Source of the DNA: the human T2T-CHM13v2.0 reference genome, Homo sapiens | Assembly: GCF_009914755.1 (NCBI RefSeq) | Contig: NC_060925.1 | DNA: 64,000 nucleotides | Reading direction: 5' to 3' (one strand) | In this document: piece by piece, positions 24,690 to 37,811 of the stretch | How the letters are laid out: each line of letters opens with the position of its first letter | How positions within the stretch are numbered: the stretch's first letter is position 1 | Position numbers and translations under genes: made by a program | Notes under the pieces: model-generated | Told to the model about the DNA's origin: nothing | The model's input: only the letters and a program-made list of their open reading frames with translations | The model's database searches: none

Positions 24690-26460
24690 TGCAGCAATTT
24701 GATGGAAGCTTTATAATTTAGAAATTTCTTCCTTATAGTAAAACAAAATCAACCTGCTTGTAACTTCTACTTATTAATTCTACTTCTGCCTTCTGAGTAT
24801 ATATAGAATAAATCTGGTTCCCCTCTGAATCTTTTTTTTCCTCCCCAGGCTGAAAAGCCTTAGTTAGCTCTTTCAGACTTGCCTCAGATGTTCAACATAT
24901 GGTTATTTTTCTCTAGAAGCATACCAATTTGTGATGTTAAAGCTTTGCAGAAAGAAATAACCATAATACCCAAGGTGTGGTCTAAATACTACAGAGAAGG
25001 CCCAATAGAATTGTTCTTGACACCACATTTTTATGAATACTAAGATCTTATTAGCTAATTATCCTTGCCATTTACTCATATCATATATGTAGACAACTGA
25101 AACCCATTAATATTTTCATTTGTATAGCAGTTTAGGTTCTTCTCTCTCCAATAGAATTGCCTATTTGAATGTAAATGCAGTTTTTAACTTATTCATATAT
25201 ACATATATGCATATTTACATACATACATATGTGTATATATAATCTCCTTGATGAGGAATAATTTACATAGAGTAACAGGCACTAATCTAAAGTGCACTGC
25301 TCAGAGAATTTCTACATATGTAAACATCCATTTGACCACCACCCAGATCAATATAGAGAATTTTTCTACTACCCTAAAAGGTGGTTTCAGGTTCCTTCAT
25401 AGCCAGTATCCCACAAATGTAACCACTGTTCTGATCTCTATCACTGCAGATTAATTTTGCCTGTTTTGAACTTCATATAAATAAAATTGTGCAATTCCAA
25501 TTCTCATGTGTGCGTCTGACATTTGTTCATATAGCTGAGTGAGGCTGAAACTCACTTTTTTATTACTATGTAGCATTCCATAGTATGAATTATACCACAA
25601 TTTATTTATTCATTCAACTCTTTGACTTTTAAATATAAAGCTACCAAGACTATTCTAGTACATGTCTTTTGGAAACAGGCACTCATATCTGGTGGTTGTA
25701 TACTCAGGGGTGGAATTGCTGGGTCATGGGGTAACTATATGTTTTGCTTAGACCATACTGCCAAATAATTTTTCAAAGTGGTTGTACCATTTATATGCTT
25801 ACTAGCAATGTATAGAGTTCTATTTTTCCGTATCTCCAGTACTAGTTAAGTCCTTTCAATTTTAGACATTTTAAAGATGTGTATAGTGTTATTATCTCAT
25901 TGCTTTAATTTGCAGTTTTCTGATGACTGGTTACCCACATAATTTTCATGTAAAATTAACTGCCTGGTTTGGCTCTATTGAATTCATTTTGGATAGTTAA
26001 TTCATTATCTTATGACTTTGCTATTCCACATAGCTTCTTGTTACACACTCATTTCTTTATATGTCATTTATCCCCAAGCCCCCATAATACAAGGATAAAG
26101 ACAGAACATGGTATCAAGCCTCTTTAAATTGGCATCAGTGTATTGATTGGCATTCTTGGCATTCAATGCTGAAGTCAGCTAACTGTGTGATTATCAGCTC
26201 ACATTTCACTATGCTTTCAGTAAGGTTATCCGGAAATACTGAAATTTAGATCCTTTCATGACTATAGTATTCTTTTAATCTTTCAGTTTAGTTGATACTC
26301 CTATCAAAAAAATGAATAGGTTTAAGTTGGCCTTCTTTGTGAAGCCAGACGGCTCCTGTTAATCATTTGTTCCTTCTGTATGAGCTCAAAAATCACCCTT
26401 TTGACAACTTGTTCTTACATTTTTCCTAATGATATATCATCCATTTTATAAATGTAGGAC
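24690..26460 (-). mobile_element. L3/CR1 fragments (about 24690-25150 and 25960-26460) split by an L1M
   Basis: tagaaatttcttccttata...cctgcttgtaacttctacttattaattctacttctgccttctg is the typical L3 antisense signature. Confidence 0.55.
25245..25930 (-). mobile_element. L1ME-type 3' end
   Basis: gaggaataatttacatag...ccaccacccagatcaatatagag...ggaattgctgggtcatggggtaac. Confidence 0.75.
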
Positions 26461-26846
26461 AGCATTTGCAGCTTCTTGCTTGAAACAAAAGTATGGTTAG
26501 ATTGGTTTTTTCATTTCATTGAATTGCTATGTTTAAAATTGATTATCTTTTTTATAAATGGAATTCTTCTAAAGATTTTAAGATAGCTTGCTAGTTAGCT
26601 GAATTTTACAAGTACTTTTCTTGGAGGAGGGGAATTATGAAGTCTTTTACAATGCAAATAATCATTTATTATCTCTAACTTTAAAGTTTTACTTTTGCAA
26701 ATGGGAAGAATGATTGAGAATTGGATGGTAAGAAGGATTTTATAAAAGGAGATAATTCAAAACTACAAACTACTGTAGACCATTTAATAAAATTACCTTG
26801 GTCTGTTAAATAAGACCTCAATGAACTTGAAGAGGTAGAAAATAAC

Positions 26847-26990
26847 TTTTTTTTTTTTAAAGAGATAGGGTCTTATTAAGTGTCCAGGCTGGAGTGCAGT
26901 GGCTTTTCACAGGTACAATCATAGCAAACTGTGGCCTCAAACTCCTGGCCTCAAGGGATCCTCCCACCTCAGCCCCCTGAGTAGCTGACA
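26847..26990 (-). mobile_element. FAM (fossil Alu monomer, 7SL-derived)
   Basis: gctggagtgcagtggcttttcacaggtacaatcatagc retains the 7SL-like segment absent from dimeric Alu arms. Confidence 0.75.
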
Positions 26991-27214
26991 CTTTTAAAGT
27001 ATCTTAGGCATTAAAAGAATCTGGTCTATCCTTGAGAAGTCTAGAAGTAATAACGTAAATAGCTAAATATGGGTAAGGTTGCTTGGTTATATTGCTTTGT
27101 GATTTAAGCATGAAAATTAAAGATTTCCTGGAATATAACCAATTAACTAGAACAGCTGCTGCCCTAATTGACTGAGGATATTTTTGGTTACTATGAACCC
27201 CAAATTAGCCTTCC

Positions 27215-27521
27215 TTTTTTTTTTTTTTTTTTTTTTTGAGACAGGGTCTCACTGTCTTGCCCAGACTGGAGTGCAGCGGCCCGATCTTGGCTCACTGAAA
27301 CCTCTGCCTCCCAGGGTCAAGCGATTCTCCTGCCTCAGCCTCCTGAGTAGCTGGGATTACAGGTGCACACCACTACCGCCTGGCTAATTTTTGTGTTTTT
27401 GGTAGAGATGGGATTTTACCATGTTGGCCAGGCTGGTCTCAAATTCTTGACCTCAAATGATCCACCCACCTTGGCCTGCAAAGTGCTGGGATTGATTACA
27501 GGCATGAGCCACCGCCTAACC
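27215..27521 (-). mobile_element. AluS (Sz/Sx-like)
   Basis: Long poly-T, full dimer, tgacctcaaatgatccaccc. Confidence 0.92.
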
Positions 27522-28399
27522 TCCTTTTTTATGCTTCTTATTAAATTACCTAAATAATAGGATTTTTGAATCTAAGAGAAAACTTGGAGTTCATCAATGT
27601 TTTAAATTTACCGGTGAGGAAACCAATACCCAGTGAAACTAAATGAATTTCACCACCCAAGCACCAAGCATTGTTGTTGAAGAAGCAGATAGGCAATATT
27701 CCTGCTCTCATGAAGATCACACTTTAGTTTGAAGGGGACATGGAAAAAGCAAAACACAAATGCTTGAAGGACAAAAGTATTAGATTTAGACGGTGCTAAG
27801 TGTTAGAGAGACTGGAATACATTATATTCAGTGACCAGTTCTCTTCCTGCTTTACCAAAAGACTTCCTGAATGACTGTTTCAAAATAATAGAGGAACTGA
27901 ATGACATAGTATTCATGGATATATTGAATGTCAAAAATGTTAACTTCTTTTCTTTCAGGCAACTTATACCCATTTGTCCTTTAAAAATTACAAATTCAGA
28001 TAATATTTCCAGAATGAAGATGTATTTAAATAAAAAATATACTCCAGAAGATCAAAAAGTCTAGCTGTGTTGCCTAGGGCAAATGAATCACTTTTTTTCA
28101 TCTTTGAAACTATTTGTTCCGACGTATTGATTACAGAGAATCTTTTCTTCACAGAGGGGCTTAATGAAATTAATTAGAGTATGTGACTAACCTAGTGAAT
28201 ATTTCTACAGCTTTTATAAGGAAGATTGAAGAGGTGTTCTCAGAGGCCTGCATTTTGATCCTAGTTTTGTAATTGAAGCTCCCTCAGTGGACACATCATC
28301 TAATTTGGTTGTGCTTCAGCTTATGCCACCAAACAGGGAAGCATTTAACATCAAGCTCTGTATTAGACTTGAGGGAGATTTAAAAAAATATCTGAGATA

Positions 28400-29030
28400 G
28401 GACCCTAGCCCTCAGAAATTCCATACTCTAACTAAGAGAAGAGACAACAGTAGGCTGTGGTAAAAATGCTGAACTCATGCTACAGTTAAGAGGTTTGATG
28501 GCTATCCAGAGGAGAAAAGAATGCCTTTCTGCAAGACTTGGGAAGGCTTTTCTGAGGAGGTGTGAGTTGGGCTGGACTCTAGAGGATGCACGTGCTGGAA
28601 AGGGAGTGGTGTAATTATAGCAGTACTTGTAGAAGATTTTCCAAATAAAGCTTCTGCAGGGACCAGGGGCAGAGGTCTCTAGAGTCTCCCAGTCACATAG
28701 ATCTGAAGTTGGTTGGTGACTGACACACCTGAGCAGCTGGCTGAGATGAAGGTGGTGGGGTGAACCACAGAGGAGGTGGAAGATGACTCTGCAGCCTGGG
28801 TCTGGGTGACAGATGGCTTCATTCATAGGATGGAGGAAATCTGAGGAGAGTGCTGGTTTGGAGGCAAGGTGATAATTGATTTTAGATATATCAAGATGTT
28901 GCAGCAAATTGGACTCAAAATATCCATCAGTGGAAGTGAAGGTCTGGGGGCTAAGAGCGAGGTAATGGTGGAGATGGGGAATCATCTTTGTGAGCCCTGG
29001 CTAGTGAGAGGAGAGAGAGGGTGTGAGAAC
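28400..29030 (-). mobile_element. L2 fragments
   Basis: gggaaggcttttctgaggagg; ggagagtgctggtttggaggcaaggtgataattgattttagatat. Confidence 0.55.
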
Positions 29031-29264
29031 TCTAAGGTGAAACATGGACCATGAGCTACTGGCTCCTTCCACTGGGGCATTTTTTAGTTCATCTCCCAGA
29101 GTTAAAATGATTCCTTGGCAGCTGAAGGGAGCTGACAGTTATTGACACAGTGCTCATCGCATTCAGGACTTGGTGCTGACCGTGAGCAGGATGACCTGTC
29201 TCAGTACCCACCTGTCCCCGCTACTGCTTATTGATAGGTTAAAATATATAAGATATATACCTAT

Positions 29265-29385
29265 AAATCACATGTGCTTTGTGATCCAGACCAGGGAGTA
29301 TTTGAGCATAAAATGAGGGTACCATTGATAATTATGCCAGGGCAACGTGTTAACCAGGACTGCCCAGGAACTTGGGTAGTTCATC
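29265..29385 (+). mobile_element. MER94-like hAT MITE
   Basis: tccagaccagggagtatttgag...attgataattatgccagggcaac...aaccaggactgccc. Confidence 0.5.
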
Positions 29386-29919
29386 TGTAGTAACAGGATC
29401 ATATGTCAGTAAGTAGATATAGGGGCTGATGAGAAGAGAAGCTGGAGTCCCCACTTTGTTCTGAGCATGAGCGTGGTTATTCCTCCAGCGAGTTAATGTC
29501 TGCCTAGTGGTGTTGAGCTGCATGTCCTGTATAGAATTTCCAAGAAGACTTGCTGAAATCTAGTATATTAACATGAGTTTGGTACTTTCAGTGTGTCAGA
29601 CATTGGAAGTCTGGGGTCTTATCTAGTTCCATGAGAATTTCCCACAAGTTACTTTTCTGAACTTTAGTTTCTTCAGATTGAGAGAGAGAGAGATTAGCTT
29701 TTCTTTTTCCTTTTTTTTTTTTTTTTTTTTCTGGTGAGGGGAGTTTACTTCTTCCCAATTTTATGCTTCCCTCATCCTGCTTCTTTAAATTCTCTGCTCC
29801 CTCGCTTTTTGAATTTCCCTTGTTCAGAAGGTAAAGTTAAACAACTTTTGAAAAGTGTCCTTTCTGTTCAGTGGCAGTGCCTTTTTGTTACTGCCAAATG
29901 ACACCTTGCATTGGGGGAG

Positions 29920-30140
29920 CATTTTTACAGCTCACAAGCATTCCTATAAATTATAAGAATTATCAGAATCATGTTGATGGGCAGAAAAATATCAATTTAA
30001 TGTTTTACATATGCCCCAATTTTGGGGCACAGAGAGGTTAAGTTACTAGCCCAAGGTCACACAGTTAGTAAGTGGTAGAACTGGGCTAAAAATCAAGGTT
30101 TGTCTCTAATACTAAGGTGACTGCTTTTCACTATATTAAA
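29920..30140 (-). mobile_element. MIR
   Basis: ggcacagagaggttaagttactagcccaaggtcacacagttagtaagtggtagaactggg. Confidence 0.75.
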
Positions 30141-30229
30141 TCTAATGTTACAATGGAACCTTACACTTGAATATTAAATATGAAGGAACAGAATAAAGAA
30201 AATATCCAAAATATAATCCACAATTCTCC

Positions 30230-30790
30230 TTGTTAAAAAATAAATGATTTTCATTATATAAATAATAGATGAGTATATTCTTGCTTTAAAGTATTCTGAT
30301 AGTACAGACAAAGCAAGTTCCCTGTCTTGCCACCCTTCATAGAGGTAACTACTGTGATCAAACTACCGTTTGATATATAATTCTCTCTTTAAAAAAGTAG
30401 TCTGTGGTGGTGGTTTTTCTCTGGTTAGAAAAGTAATATGTGGTTATTATAACAGTAAAAGGCAGAAAACAAAATCGAACACTTATTATCATCCCACACA
30501 AAGATAAAGTTAATATTTTAGTGTGTTTTCTACAATCTGTAGTCCTTTACATACACATATATTTATAATTGTATGTATTTTATGTAATTGAGATTGTAAT
30601 GCATACACATTTGGCTTTTTTAAACAAAATTAACATGTCATGAACATTTTCCCATGTTAACAATTTTACAGAAAAATAGTGTTTAATAGCAGCATATATC
30701 TTTAGTTAGAGGTAGTCCCATAATTTAGTTAATCATTTACTATATTATTAGAAATTTCCAATGTTTTTGTAACTATAAATAATGCTGAGG
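30230..30790 (-). mobile_element. Highly decayed L1ME 3' fragments
   Basis: agaggtaactactgt; catgaacattttcccatgt; actataaataatgctg. Confidence 0.45.
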
Positions 30791-31904
30791 TAAGTTATCC
30801 CTTTAATAAGGTGAGAATGTTTCTTATTCTAATTTTATGCATTTTCCTTTATTGACCCTATTGAGTGTTTCTGTAGGAAAAGAGACCAGGTACCATGTTA
30901 ATTATTGAATCTCATCATCTGGGTAAGCGTCTTACATCTACTGAGCCATTTATGTCAAAGGAACAATGACGGGGACAATAATAATGAGCATGCATCTTTG
31001 GCTACTCATTAATGCCATCTGCTCAGTAAAACTTTAATGAGCTTACACTTTTGATCTGTGAAAGTGCTTTTAATTACAGTTCTTTTCTTTGCCTCTTTGC
31101 TTTTTGATTCTACCAAACTGCTGGATCCTTTGAACATACTGTCCATTCTTTGTAGTAGCAAATGAGCTCTCTGGCTTTGAGCTGTTTTAAACATGACAGT
31201 AGAAAAGGGGTGATTAAAAACCAAATATCTCTCTAAGCTTTGGATGTAGTGCTGAATATAAGATGAATGTTGTAGAGGTTAAAAGTTCCCATTATCTACT
31301 TGATTAGGAGACAATTCACAAAATATTTGAACAATAGAATTGCTTAAGGACTACAAATGAAAACAAAAACACAAATATGATAAACTTCAATAGTAGTCGA
31401 AGAAATCAAAGTAACAACTAATATAATATAGCTTCTTTAAAACCTATGAAATTAAGAAATATTTTTATGTGTATTATCCAGTTGAGTCAGGGATATAAAG
31501 AAATAAGCATTCATGAAAAGCTTATTAGCTAATGAAGATGTAAATTGATTGCATTTGGTCAATTTGGAAGTAAACATTAATGCCTTAAAATGTGCCTTCT
31601 CTTTGAGCCAGTATTTATGCTTACCAAAATGTATCCTAAAGAAATGATGACTACTATAGAACTCTGATAAAGATTTGTACAAAAATATCTATTTATTAAT
31701 GTTCTTATACTAAGAGATAGAAACAGCTTCAATATTAATTTATTCTGTTAATTATTTATTGAATGTTTCTATATGTCAAATTCCATCATACCTCAGACTT
31801 TGGGTATAAGAGTCAACAAGGCATGGTTTGTCCTACCAAATACATATAGTCCAGCAGAGTACATCCATTAATGGAATTCTAGGCACCCATTAAAAATGAA
31901 GCTG

Positions 31905-32370
31905 CACCCTTCTTCCAGCCAAGATGGAGTAACAGAGTTTGGATTTACCATTCTTCCTGAAACAACAAAGCACCAGAGAAATGATACAAATTAATGGTTT
32001 CAAATGTTGGACAACAGACAGTGCAGGACTGTGATCTTTGAGAGAAAGAAAATAAGACAAGTGCTAAGATTGTATTAGATTCCTATCTGCAAGAGGTTTG
32101 ATAGTGAGGGTAGGGATGGTCTCTGGTCATCTTGCTGAGTGTAAGAGATGGAGACCGGAGTTTGGGGGAAGTCATGGCTTCTAAAATTTTCAGAGTGGAG
32201 TACTAAAGAAGAAGGACTCCACAAAGAGAGCACTTCAGAGATCTCTAGAGGGATCCCCTTGAGTCTTTAAGTAATGATCAGTACACATGTGAGAGGCAAC
32301 CATCTAGCGTTAGGAAATAACTGCAAGAAGGAGAAGGCAGGACAATACGTGGGTCACACAGGGTTGGGGA
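31905..32370 (+). mobile_element. Old L1M 5'-end fragment
   Basis: cttccagccaagatggagtaacagag...ttggacaacagacagtgcaggactgtgatc. Confidence 0.6.
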
Positions 32371-32379
32371 ATATCCTTG

Positions 32380-34545
32380 TTTCTTAGGTCTTTCGGTGAG
32401 TACTCCTGTAGGCGATAGGTATCCTCACAACCTGGGTCCGTTTGGAGAGTTATATACATTTCTCCAAACCTTATCTCCAATCCTTCAATCTCATTCCTTC
32501 CAAATATCTGAATATCTGACCAAACCGTTAGCACATTCCTGTGAACCTGTATAGATTTAACTTCAAGCCATTGATAATTACAGGCAAATTGGACAAAAGA
32601 GCTCTCAAGTTTCTACTCACAGGGAGGTTTCTCTTTTTCATAGTCCCTCAGAAGCATGCCTAAATGGCTGCTAAACATTTCAGCAAATCTTTCGGATGGT
32701 GCCAGAATATCACACAGAGCCTTCTCTAGATGCTGTTCAAAACTTTTCCATTGTAGTCCATGACTCATAGACCACTTTCCTGAAGTCATAAGTGTGGGCT
32801 GAGGAGGGGTGGTATTAGGTCAGAAGCAGACATGCCAGAAGTATGAACCACTTGCTCGTGAAACTTATGCTTTCAGAATAAGCAAAAGTTTGTGTTTGTG
32901 CTTTGGCCTGCAGAAAAACACCTCCATTTGATAATCATATGCTACAGGGTGTACTTAGTTAATGGTGAGGCATCTGAGATAACCCATTCATGATGGTCAG
33001 CTGGTGTCCCATGACCTGGTTTTTAGTCTCTGTCAGAGTCCAGTAGCAAGGTGTTACTCACAAGAAGAATAATTACTTGCTGAAAAGGGCATGGCTTCTA
33101 TGCAAAGCCCTAGGGGCTTTCACATGACCTGCTATGAGCTCTATTTAGCATCCTTATTGTTTCATTTTATATTTTAAGCACTATCTCTCCTGATGGGTCA
33201 TAAAGGTTAAGTAGCAGAGCTGCTTGAGCTACGGTTCAAACCAGAGAGAAAGCCCTTGATTGATTAGTGGTAGCTCTATTCAAAGTTAGCCATTTTTTAG
33301 GTCATCCAGTAAATGGACCAGAGAAGCCAGCACATACATAGGAATGTTGCCTCCCAAATCCAAATAGATCCATAAAATTGTTGGCTTCTTTTTCAGTGAG
33401 AAAACGTTCAAAGTTAGCAACTCTACCCTCACTTTGGGGATGCTACCTCAACTTGTCCCAGATCATTAAGCTCCCAGAAACTGAAGTTACAAATCATGAT
33501 ATTATCTTACAATTCTTGTTCTTCTTCTTATATACATTGTATTACCAAAGAATATAGAATAATACACTTCTTTTTGTCATACAGGGGGTCAGTCAGATAT
33601 GAATGGTCATCGAGGGATGCATGGACTAAATTTTAGCACAGAGCCAGGAGGTTGGCATAAGCGAGAAAGATGATGAAGATGTATTGATACCCCTCCCAGA
33701 AGAGATTTTGGTATCTGCATACTGATAAAAAGAAAAACGCATTTTCCTGATGAGTAGCTACATATCAGGAACTAAGGACTATTTTGGTTTACTTAAGCAA
33801 AGTGACTACATCTAGAATAGCAGGTACAATCAGAGTCGCCGCTTGATTAAATTTATAATCATCTACTTGTATTCTGTAAGTTCCATCTGCCTGCTGCACT
33901 GATCAAAGAGGTAAAGGAAATGAGGATGACAGATGCACCACCCCTGCATTTACAAGTCTTTGATGGTGGAAGTAGTGTTTGTCTTAGCAGTAGGAGTTCA
34001 AAGAATTTTTACTTGTCCACCACAGTCCAGGGAACTAATGTGCAGATTCTGAGAAATTCTGGGCATACCTATTTCAACTATATACTCAGACCTGGTGATA
34101 TAAAGATATGATAGGTTTAGGGTGACCCTAGGCATATGAGTAGGTGAACTTATCTGATACTGTAATCCTTAACTGTGAATGGCGTACCACAAAATGGGTC
34201 TCCAGGAATTAGCATGGTGTAGAGCCAATGTCAATAAGACTCAAAGGACTGAATATTCCCATTTCTCCAATGCATAGTTGTCTTGGCAAATAGCTATAGT
34301 TTCCAAAGTTTCCATAGGAAAAGCTAGCAGGAGGATGTACAGTACTTGCTTTCATGTCATTGCAGGTTTCTTCCTCAAAGGTGCCATTCCTTTATTTCCT
34401 ATGAAGTGATTCAGATCAGAGAAGTGGATAAGGAGAGTGGCTTCCTATCATAGTGGCTCAAACCAGCCCTTTGTTTCCCAGACCTAGAGTTTTTTAGTCA
34501 TAGAAATCAAATATGACCTTAGTGGATGATCACTATTTCAATCTT
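32380..34545 (-). pseudogene. Decayed ERV-L internal region (protease, RT, tether/RNase H)
   Basis: Minus-strand translations LIDIGS..MLIPGDP (protease, ~34200-34250), SVQQADGTYRIQVDDYKFNQAATLIVPAILDVV (RT, ~33800-33900), PLGLCIEAMPFSASNYSSCE (~33060-33115); many stops and frameshifts. Confidence 0.85.
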
Positions 34546-34548
34546 AGG

Positions 34549-34603
34549 GGCCTCCTGACTCCCAAAGTGCTAGGAGTATAGGCATGAACCACCACACCAG
34601 GCC
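34549..34603 (-). mobile_element. Alu 5' remnant (~55 bp)
   Basis: ctcccaaagtgctaggagtataggcatgaaccaccacaccaggcc. Confidence 0.85.
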
Positions 34604-35050
34604 AAGAGCTCCTAAAAGTAGAAGAGGAAGGTGGAAGTCAGAGGAAGATGTGACAGTGGAAGAATGGTCAGAGATGCAACATTACTGGTTTTAAATATGG
34701 AGAAAAGAGAACTCTAACATATGGAAAAGGCAAGGAAATGAATTATTCTCTAGATCCTCCAGAAAGAAACACAGCCCTACTGACACCTTGATTTTAGGAC
34801 TCTGACTCCTAGAACTGTGAGGGAATATTTGTGTTCTTTAAAATAATTTTTTTAATTTTATTTTTTGTAGAGATGGAGTCTCACTATCTTGCCCAGTCTG
34901 ATTTCAAACTCCTGAGCTAAAATGATCCTCTGATCTTGGCCTCCCAAAGTGCTAGGATTACAGGTGTGAACCACCATGCCCAGCTGAATTCTTTATAGCC
35001 ACAAACTTTGTGTTAATTTGTCACCACAGCATCAATAAAAAACTAAAACA
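34604..35050 (+). mobile_element. MLT1D-like LTR 3' part, interrupted by an Alu monomer
   Basis: ggaaaaggcaaggaaatgaattattctctagatcctccagaaagaaacacagccctactgacaccttgatttt...aactaaaaca. Confidence 0.8.
34847..34985 (-). mobile_element. Alu left monomer (FLAM-like)
   Basis: ttttttgtagagatggagtctcactatc...ctcccaaagtgctaggattacaggtgtgaaccaccatgcccagc. Confidence 0.85.
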
Positions 35051-35780
35051 GGTTCCTACTTGCAAGTACAAGAACTAAATGACTATTTTAAGTAGAAACA
35101 GTGTCTGATGCTCAGTGTCCAGTGTTGGTATCAGCAGGGTAAGCTGCACCACCATCTTCTGCAGACATCACTGGCCTACTGCAGCCTTCTTGTGGCTTGC
35201 CCTGCTGATGCCAACTCTGGACACTGGGCATCAAACACTGTTGCTAGAAGTGCATCTTCTCTCGGTTCTTTCTGGAAAATGGATGTAGATGCTATCATAT
35301 ATCACCGTCTCCAAAGATTGATTTTGTGCAGTCTCCACTTCTATCAAAACCTAGAGTCTGTATATCTGATTGCATTGGCTTGGGGTTTATGCTTGTACAA
35401 TAGCCACAAGGGGGATTGAAAAGGTGAATATCTGGCACATTTGGCTTCTTTAATGGGACTCATTCTCTGCCTTTAAGGTGGTGAATTCCTGAAACCTGAT
35501 GGTGGTTTAGATTCTGGGTTACTGAGAATAACTGTCTACCACAACGCTTACAATCCCAGAAGAGGAGAGATTCTTTCTTTCTCCCAGGATTGGTCTGTTT
35601 CAATCTCTGAAAAGGACTCTGACTGGTCTTGCTTGGATCCTTTGCTGGCCCTGTAACCAATTAATGCTTAAGGTTAGTAGGGTTCACTGACTGGCTGGTT
35701 TGGGTGGGGATCCTCGACTGATAGCCCTTTATGGAAAGGTGTAAGTACCAAAACAAAAGTGGTTCTGTTATCAGAAGCAT
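35051..35780 (-). mobile_element. Old MaLR/ERVL LTR fragments (MLT1J-N like)
   Basis: gactctgactggtcttgcttggatc...aaccaatta; tgaatatctggcacatttggcttc. Confidence 0.4.
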
Positions 35781-35819
35781 TAGACTGTGGATCTTACTGC
35801 ATCTAGACCCATGGATGTA

Positions 35820-36221
35820 TAGTCAGGTGTCACTTAACAATGGGAATATGTTCTGAGAAACGTGTCATTAGGTGATTTTGTCATTATGTTAACATCATAG
35901 AATGTCCTTACACAAATCTAGATGGTGTACTAGATGCCCTACTATACACCTAGGGCATATGGTGTGGCCTATTGCTGGTAGGGTGCCAACCTGTACAGCA
36001 TGTTACAGTACTGAGTTCTGTAGGCAGTTGTAACACTATGGTAAATACTTGTGTACCTAAACTATCTAAACATCGAACAGGTAATGCTATGAAAAGGAGG
36101 TTACCATGGCTACAATGTCACTAGGCCTTAAGAATTTTTCAGTTCCATTATAATTTTATGAGACCACAGTCATATGTATAGCCCATCATTGACTGAAATG
36201 GTGTTATGCAGCACATGACTG
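35820..36221 (-). mobile_element. MER47A/Tigger3-family MITE
   Basis: TIR-like ends tagtcaggtgtcacttaac and gttatgcagcacatgactg, TA flanks, tgttctgagaaacgtgtcattagg. Confidence 0.85.
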
Positions 36222-36268
36222 TATTAAATCCTAGATAGGCTCTTTCCTAGTTTGCAAAGTTAATTTTA

Positions 36269-36629
<361 letters not shown>

Positions 36630-36649
36630 CAAATACAGCTTTTGTTTAC

Positions 36650-37225
36650 CAGAGGAGTTAAGAGTACTGGCTCTGGTGCCAGATTGCCTAGTGTATGTCC
36701 AGGTTCTGTCACTTCCTAGCTGTGGGATTTTCCTCATTTGTAAAATGGGTATGAAAACAGTACCTATTGCCCATCAATGGTGGATTAGCTAAAGAAAATG
36801 CGGAACATACACATCATAGAATACGGAACCATAAAAAAGAATGAAATCATGTCCTTTCAGCAATATGGATGGAGGGGGAAGCAAACTAACACAAGAATAG
36901 AAAACCAAATACTATAAGTTGTTACTTATAAGTGGGAGCTAAACATTGAGCATGCATAGTCATAAACATGGGAACAAGAGACACTGTGGTCTACTAGAGG
37001 GGGCACATGAATTGAAAAACTACCTATTGGGTATTATGCTCACTGCCTGGTTGCAATATACCCTTGTAATAAAACTGCAGATGTACCCCCATATCTAAAA
37101 TAAAATTTGACATTACAAAAAAAGAAATGTAGGTTAAAAAATAGTATCTGCTTCGTAGAATAGTTGTGATTAATACATGAATTAATAACTGTAATGAGTT
37201 TAGTATATTGTCTGGTATATAATAC
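36650..37225 (+). mobile_element. MIR interrupted by an L1MA 3' end (~36769-37130)
   Basis: MIR head ggctctggtgccagattgcc; L1 tail acttataagtgggagctaaacattgag; MIR resumes after aaaatagtatct. Confidence 0.75.
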
Positions 37226-37389
37226 ATCATTATTTTCCCATTTATTTAATTTTTATTGTTTTAGCCCTTTGCATATATCAGTTTGATAAAATTTTAATTT
37301 AAAAGGTGAGAAATTAGACCTATTAAATGTATATTGCTTTTTCCAGACTCTAGCTGGAATAGGGTATGGGTTATAAGAGCTGTAGTTTA

Positions 37390-37764
37390 TTTGTTTTTTT
37401 GTTTGTTTTCATTTCAGTGGGTTTTTGGAGAACAGGTGGTATTTGGTTACAAGAATAAGTTCTTTAGCAGTGATTTCTGAGATTTTGTTGCACCCACTGC
37501 CCGAGCAGTGTAAACTGTACCCAATGTGTAGTCTTTTATCCTGCAGCCCTGCCCCCACCCTTTTCCCCCAAGTCCCCAAAATCCATTTTATCATTCTTAT
37601 GCCTTTGGATCCTCATAGCTTAGCTCCCACTTATAAGTGAGAATATACGATGTTTGGTTTTTGATTCCTGAGCTATGTCACTTAGAATAATGGTCTCCAA
37701 TTCCATCCAGGTTGCTGCAAATGCCATTATTTCATTCCTTTTTATGCTTGAATAGTATTCCATG

Positions 37765-37811
<47 letters not shown>

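Noticed and set aside
28428-28985. 185-aa minus-strand ORF
   Set aside because: It overlaps decayed L2 fragments and shows no homology or exon structure.
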